From the NCBI GenBank assembly GCA_965656495.1, contig CBFHKU010000001.1, forward strand, positions 210,781-274,780: 64,000 nt of DNA, read 5' to 3'. Shown here one piece after another: positions 60,260 through 64,000 of this stretch. The DNA is from Coraliomargaritaceae bacterium. Lineage in GTDB: Bacteria; Verrucomicrobiota; Verrucomicrobiia; Opitutales; Coraliomargaritaceae. The notes under the pieces are model-generated. The model saw only the letters and a program-made list of their open reading frames with translations. It made no database searches and had not been told where the DNA came from. Position 1 is the first letter of the stretch. Each line of letters begins with the position of its first letter. Both the position numbers and the translations under genes were made by a program.

Positions 60260-61125
60260 AGGGTTCAAAAGTGGGAAAGTATGAAAGTGGGAAAGTAGTT
60301 TCCCCTTCGTGCGATCCGTGCCATTCGTAGTTTTTTCACCACTGAGGCTGCGGAGTTGAACGTTGTTAGTTGGAAGTTGAACCACCCGCCGTGAAAGCGA
60401 CAATCCTGTCGCTTTTCAACCCAAGCCGCACCAGCCGTGGAAGCGACAATCCTGTCGCTTTTCAACCCAAGCCGTACAACCAAAGCGACAAGAGTGTCGC
60501 TTCCACGAGATACAAGCCATTCGTGCCTATTCGTGTCCATTCGTGGTTCCAACCAACAACCCCCTCAACGTTCAATGTTCGATGTTCAACGTTCGGAGTT
60601 CTTCAACCTTCCCACCTTCATACCTTCCCACCATTTAATATTCGTGCGATCCGTGCCATTCGTAGTTTTTTCACCACTGAGGCTATGGAGTTGAACGTTG
60701 TTAGTTGAACCAACCGCCGTGGAAGCGACAATCCTGTCGCTTTTCAACCCAAGCCGCACCAGTCGTGGAAGCGACAATCCTGTCGCTTTTCAACCCAAGC
60801 CGCACCAGTCGTGGAAGCGACACTCCTGTCGCTTTTCAGCAACAAGCCGTACCAGTCGTGGAAGCGACACTCCTGTCGCTTTTCAACCCAAGCCGTACAA
60901 CCAAAGCGACAAGAGTGTCGCTTCCACGAGAGACAACCCTTTGCTCATTAAGAGTAAGAATAAGATTAGGATTAAGAGTGTGGAGTTGAATATTGTTAGT
61001 TGAATGTTGGAAGCCCCCGCCCTCAAAGTTCAATGTTCAAAGTTCGATGTTCGATGTTTCCACACCTTCATACCTTTCCACCTTCATACCTTCCCACCTA
61101 TACGCTTTCCCGCCTCTAAATCCCA
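60259..61125. repeat. Composite repeat zone with two REP/REPIN-like arrays, an approximately 335-bp tandem module and 7-10-mer microrepeats
   Basis: 46-47-bp units GTGGAAGCGACA(A/C)TCCTGTCGCTTTTC... at 60391, 60437, 60719, 60765, 60811 and 60858; inverted copies at 60482-60506 and 60903-60927; module starts at 60306 and 60641. Confidence 0.92.
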
Positions 61126-61161
61126 GCTACCGCCTCCTGAAAAGAGCCAGCGCGAAAAGGA

Positions 61162-61347
61162 TTAAAGAAGCTCCGGCTTTTTCGCCCGCTTCTTAGGTCT
61201 GCGCCGCTGTGATGGAGAGTGAAATTCTTCCCTGATCTTTTTAAAAACTGGGTCGTCGGGGTCTGCAAGCCGCATAGATTTGAACCCGTGACGAGGTGCG
61301 GCCTCCATCAAAGCTTCATTAATTCTAGCTCTTTCTCTTTTGGTCAT
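61162..61347 (-). CDS. Small basic protein, putative antitoxin
   Basis: 61-aa ORF overlapping the end of the BrnT-like gene, in toxin-antitoxin order. Confidence 0.5.
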   Translation of the reverse strand: MTKRERARINEALMEAAPRHGFKSMRLADPDDPVFKKIREEFHSPSQRRRPKKRAKKPELL

Positions 61348-61627
61348 ACTGCTCTTTAAGTTTGCTGTCTTCTCTAACGCTTATCAATCGAATTCTTTTT
61401 TCATGGTAAGCAAAAATAACTAGTAGAAACATACCCCGATTACTCTTTCCATACAAGCCATAACGCCTCGGCCCTTTACCATCCTTCGCTATAACATTCA
61501 TCGCGTTTTTATCACAAAAAACCGACATTGCCGCACTGAAGGGCGGCCTTCCCATTGAAACATTCCGATCGGACTTCCACTTGCTCCAAATAAACCGTCC
61601 GGAAATAACATCCTTGCGTTTGTCCAT
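61325..61627 (-). CDS. Divergent BrnT-family toxin
   Basis: FIWxxxKxxxN, F..A..VF.D, R...G, LLVIF, IRLISVR pattern; AT-richer. Confidence 0.7.
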   Translation of the reverse strand: MDKRKDVISGRFIWSKWKSDRNVSMGRPPFSAAMSVFCDKNAMNVIAKDGKGPRRYGLYGKSNRGMFLLVIFAYHEKRIRLISVREDSKLKEQYDQKRKS

Positions 61628-61692
61628 CGTTTAAAAAGCCCTGAGGTCTGGCACCGCTAGGACACAAAGGGATGGGGCCAGCCTAGCTGGCG

Positions 61693-61996
61693 ACCGCTGA
61701 TTTGCGCTGACTCACGCTGATACATTTTTATAAGCGTCTATCAGCGCCCATTAGCGGTTTCCGGCTCTGCCGGACTCAGGGCAGCACGCAAGCCATCCCT
61801 ATCCGTGTAATCTGTGTTATTCGTAGTTGCCTTCATCCGTGCGTATTCGTGCCCATTCGTGGTTCCCTCGAATCCCACAGCAAAGAGCCCAGCCCCACCT
61901 ATCCGCTGTGCTTCTCCCGGGACCTTAGCGTCTATCAGCCCCCATCATCGGTTTCCGGCACTGCCGGACTCAGGGCAGCACGCAAGCCATCCCTAT
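61693..61996. repeat. 70-bp direct repeat (61733-61802 / 61927-61996) with associated imperfect inverted repeat
   Basis: AGCGTCTATCAGC...CGGTTTCCGGC(T/A)CTGCCGGACTCAGGGCAGCACGCAAGCCATCCCTAT twice. Confidence 0.85.
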
Positions 61997-62027
61997 TCAT
62001 GCCATTCGCTTCATTCGGAGTTCTTCA

Positions 62028-62128
62028 ACCTTCCCACCTTCCCACCTTCATACCTTCCCACCTTCCCACCTTCCCACCTTGATACCTTCCCACCTTCCCA
62101 CTTTCCCACCTTGATACCTTCCCACCTC
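62028..62128. repeat. Tandem 8-mer array (CTTCCCAC / CTTCATAC / CTTGATAC)
   Basis: About 12 consecutive units; same family at 48834, 60265 (inverted), 60608 and 61065. Confidence 0.9.
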
Positions 62129-62150
62129 TAAATCCCCCTTCCCGGAATAT

Positions 62151-62166
62151 TGGCACGCTTTAGGCT
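62151..62166 (+). promoter_or_regulatory. Putative sigma54 -24/-12 promoter
   Basis: TGGCACG-CTTT-AGGCT: GG and GC at the canonical spacing. Confidence 0.45.
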
Positions 62167-62216
62167 ACTTCATGCCACGTAACTTCACTTACCATAGTAG
62201 AGTTGCAGTTTTGCTT

Positions 62217-62255
62217 ACGGGCTTGCGGGACTGGTTCCTGCAAGCCCGTTTTTTT
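62217..62255 (+). terminator. Rho-independent terminator with no upstream CDS
   Basis: ACGGGCTTGCGGGA-CTGGT-TCCTGCAAGCCCGT-TTTTTT. Confidence 0.8.
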
Positions 62256-62336
62256 ACCGGTATCGCCGTTAAAAATACACAAAATATACGCTTTGGGTTG
62301 ACCGCTCCCTTTTTGTAGTGAAATTATGTTCACCTA

Positions 62337-62651
62337 ATGGAGTATTATCAACACCAAGCCCGCGAACACGATTTGCCCTTTCGCAGCGACGGCGACGCCC
62401 TCAACCTCCTCGAGGAACAACGCGCCGCCCTCGCATGCCTGCACGACGCCGTCCAACGCTGCCAATACGAAGACATGCGCACCCGCCCCGTCCTCGCCGC
62501 CCTCGATTTCCTCGCCACCAGCCTCCCCAGCGGACGCGGCGCCGACGCCGCCCTCCAGCATTTCCGCCAGGCCCTCGCCCTCGCACACCCCCAACAACGC
62601 GCCCAGACCCTCCAACACGCCTACCGCTCCATCGAACTCGCCGCGGAGTGA
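62337..62651 (+). CDS. Hypothetical helical protein
   Basis: 104-aa ORF with strong native C-ending codon bias; TTGACC upstream. Confidence 0.7.
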   Translation: MEYYQHQAREHDLPFRSDGDALNLLEEQRAALACLHDAVQRCQYEDMRTRPVLAALDFLATSLPSGRGADAALQHFRQALALAHPQQRAQTLQHAYRSIELAAE

Positions 62652-63201
62652 AGGGGGGATCGGTATTCTGGGCCCGCAGCTCTAGCGGTATGAATGTTCC
62701 TATGTGGAATCTTGGTTCCTGATTGTATGATGATAATTAATTGGGTAATAAATTCCATTATGTTAAATATAATTTTGATCTTAATTTGTCTCCTCGTCGG
62801 CTGTGTCGGTACGCCGGAACCATTAGGCGAAACCAATAATACTGCAGCTCCGGGAATTGTGCAGATAAATATCCGGACTGGAGTAACAAACAAGATTCGG
62901 GTCCTTCAAAATTTAGGCAGTCCCAATTTTGTGGAATTCGACCCTTTCAGGGAGTGGTCAGTTTGGGTTTATCTGATCGAAGCACAGATCAGCGAGAGTC
63001 CTACCAAACCGGGCTATTGGACGATTTTAATGCCCAAGAAAACAGCACCCCCGTCCGCCACGGAAACTATATTCAAAACAAAGAAGTTATATATCAGCAT
63101 CAGTGATCATAATGTCGTTAAAGAAATCAGTTATCTCGAGTTCGATTAAGCATTGCTTCCAACACGCCAACCGCTCCATCGAACTCGCGGGGGGAGTGAA
63201 G
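62611..63201. repeat. 43-44-bp direct repeats (62611-62653 / 63158-63201) bracketing an AT-richer cassette
   Basis: TCCAACACGCC(T/A)ACCGCTCCATCGAACTCGC...GGAGTGAAG twice. Confidence 0.88.
62760..63149 (+). CDS. Putative lipoprotein, SmpA/OmlA (BamE)-like
   Basis: Lipobox LVGC; GVTNKIRVLQNLGSP...WVY resembles the BamE-family motif; AT-richer. Confidence 0.55.
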   Translation: MLNIILILICLLVGCVGTPEPLGETNNTAAPGIVQINIRTGVTNKIRVLQNLGSPNFVEFDPFREWSVWVYLIEAQISESPTKPGYWTILMPKKTAPPSATETIFKTKKLYISISDHNVVKEISYLEFD

Positions 63202-63208
63202 TAGGTTG

Positions 63209-63784
63209 TTACCCTTTAACAATGCCGCGGTCGAGGAGTTCGAAGTAGCAGCGGGCGCAGGCTTGGACGTCGTTCATGGCGTCGTGGGCGCCGTCGAAGT
63301 CGGTATCAAATAGTTTTTGGTGGAGCTCGGAAAGTTTGGGCCATTTGTATCCGTAGTTGCCGGGGATGGCGCAGTAATCGGTGGCGATTTCTTTGGTGCA
63401 ACAGTGGGCGGGTTTGTTGCGGGATTTGAGTCCGGCGCGGAGGCATTCGGCGCCGAGGACGGGGTAGTCGTAGCTGAGGTTGTGGGCGATGAGTTGGGTG
63501 CTGCGCTCGATTTGTTCGAGGAATCCTTGGAGGGCGTCTTGGATGGGGATGCCTTCGGCGATGGATTTTTCCTGGGAGAAGCCGTGTTCGATCCAGAAGG
63601 GTTCGGTGGGAATTTCCCAGCCGTCGGGTTGGATGAGGTCGACTTGTTGGGCGAGGCAGTTGCGGTCTGCGTCGTAGTAGGCCCAGGCGAGTTGAATGAC
63701 GCGGGGCCAGTTGTCGAGGTCGGCGAGGGGGGCTTCGTAGCGTTTGGGGAGTCCGGTGGTCTCGGTGTCGAAGATGAGATACAT
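63209..63784 (-). CDS. DEDDh 3'-5' exonuclease (DnaQ-like)
   Basis: IFDTETTG, AHNLSYD, KWPKLSEL, AHDAMND; start at MYLIF (alternative 63814). Confidence 0.92.
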   Translation of the reverse strand: MYLIFDTETTGLPKRYEAPLADLDNWPRVIQLAWAYYDADRNCLAQQVDLIQPDGWEIPTEPFWIEHGFSQEKSIAEGIPIQDALQGFLEQIERSTQLIAHNLSYDYPVLGAECLRAGLKSRNKPAHCCTKEIATDYCAIPGNYGYKWPKLSELHQKLFDTDFDGAHDAMNDVQACARCYFELLDRGIVKG

Positions 63785-63863
63785 ACTTTTATGGGGAATT
63801 GGGTTCCGCGCCATAAAAGTTAATAATGATTCATAAATAAAGTTAATTTGAGAGAGGAATAAT

Positions 63864-63962
63864 GGTGGGAAGGTTGAAGAACTTCGAACGTTGAACATCG
63901 AACTTTGAACGTTGAGGGGTTGTTGGTTGGAACCACGAATGGACACGAATAGACACGAATGG
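63864..63962 (-). repeat. Inverted copy of the approximately 100-bp composite repeat module at 60517-60616
   Basis: Reverse complement reads CCATTCGTGTCTATTCGTGTCCATTCGTGGTTCCAACCAACAACCCCTCAACGTTCAAAGTTCGATGTTCAACGTTCGAAGTTCTTCAACCTTCCCACC. Confidence 0.9.
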
Positions 63963-64000
63963 GGTTTTAGGGTCACTGACTTGTTGCCATGTGCCCGGCA

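Noticed and set aside
60391..60927. CRISPR array interpretation of the 46-bp palindromic repeats
   Set aside because: Spacers are nearly identical and only about 18-20 nt, each array ends in an inverted copy, and there are no cas genes; this fits REP/REPIN
60265..61196. Several 60-110-aa ORFs in the repeat zone (e.g. VEATILSLFNPSRT repeats)
   Set aside because: Translations of the DNA repeats that are open in multiple frames; no coding signal
62172..62318. 48-codon ORF (MPRNFTYH...) as an attenuator leader peptide
   Set aside because: It runs through the terminator, has no regulatory codon run, and starts before the predicted sigma54 start site

Overview
64-kb window from a GC-rich bacterial chromosome, most likely Verrucomicrobiota (Opitutae/Puniceicoccaceae-like). 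This is inferred from the DRRRRRRK insert in RpoB, the planctomycete-type EF-Tu switch I, fusA followed directly by rpsJ, RNase HIII, and a PVM microcompartment locus. Layout: (1) 0-1.7 kb, two AT-richer secreted-protein genes; (2) 1.8-7.2 kb, a six-gene TonB2-like energizer operon; (3) 7.2-16.1 kb, housekeeping genes (LpxH-like phosphoesterase, methyltransferase, GspE ATPase, mutY, rnhC-rnhB, znuACB-like ABC); (4) 16.2-48.5 kb, the main translation/transcription supercluster (tRNA-Thr, tuf, tRNA-Trp, secE-nusG-rplKAJL-rpoBC, str, S10, spc and alpha operons) carrying two non-ribosomal gene insertions; (5) 48.9-60.3 kb, mqo-rhamnulokinase-DeoR divergent from a PVM (fucose/rhamnose) microcompartment operon ending in mdh; (6) 60.3-64 kb, a repeat-dense accessory zone with REP/REPIN arrays, a divergent BrnT-type TA pair, a candidate sigma54 sRNA, a repeat-bracketed lipoprotein cassette and a DEDDh exonuclease. 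Best leads: two candidate rRNA-mimicking ribosomal leader RNAs (before rplL and rplC), an exported protein gene inside the S10 operon, two stop-codon-spanning gene-end duplications that bracket inserted DNA, an MDH/MQO pair flanking the microcompartment locus, and a possible sigma54 sRNA. No database searches or folding programs were run. Family calls come from motif recognition.
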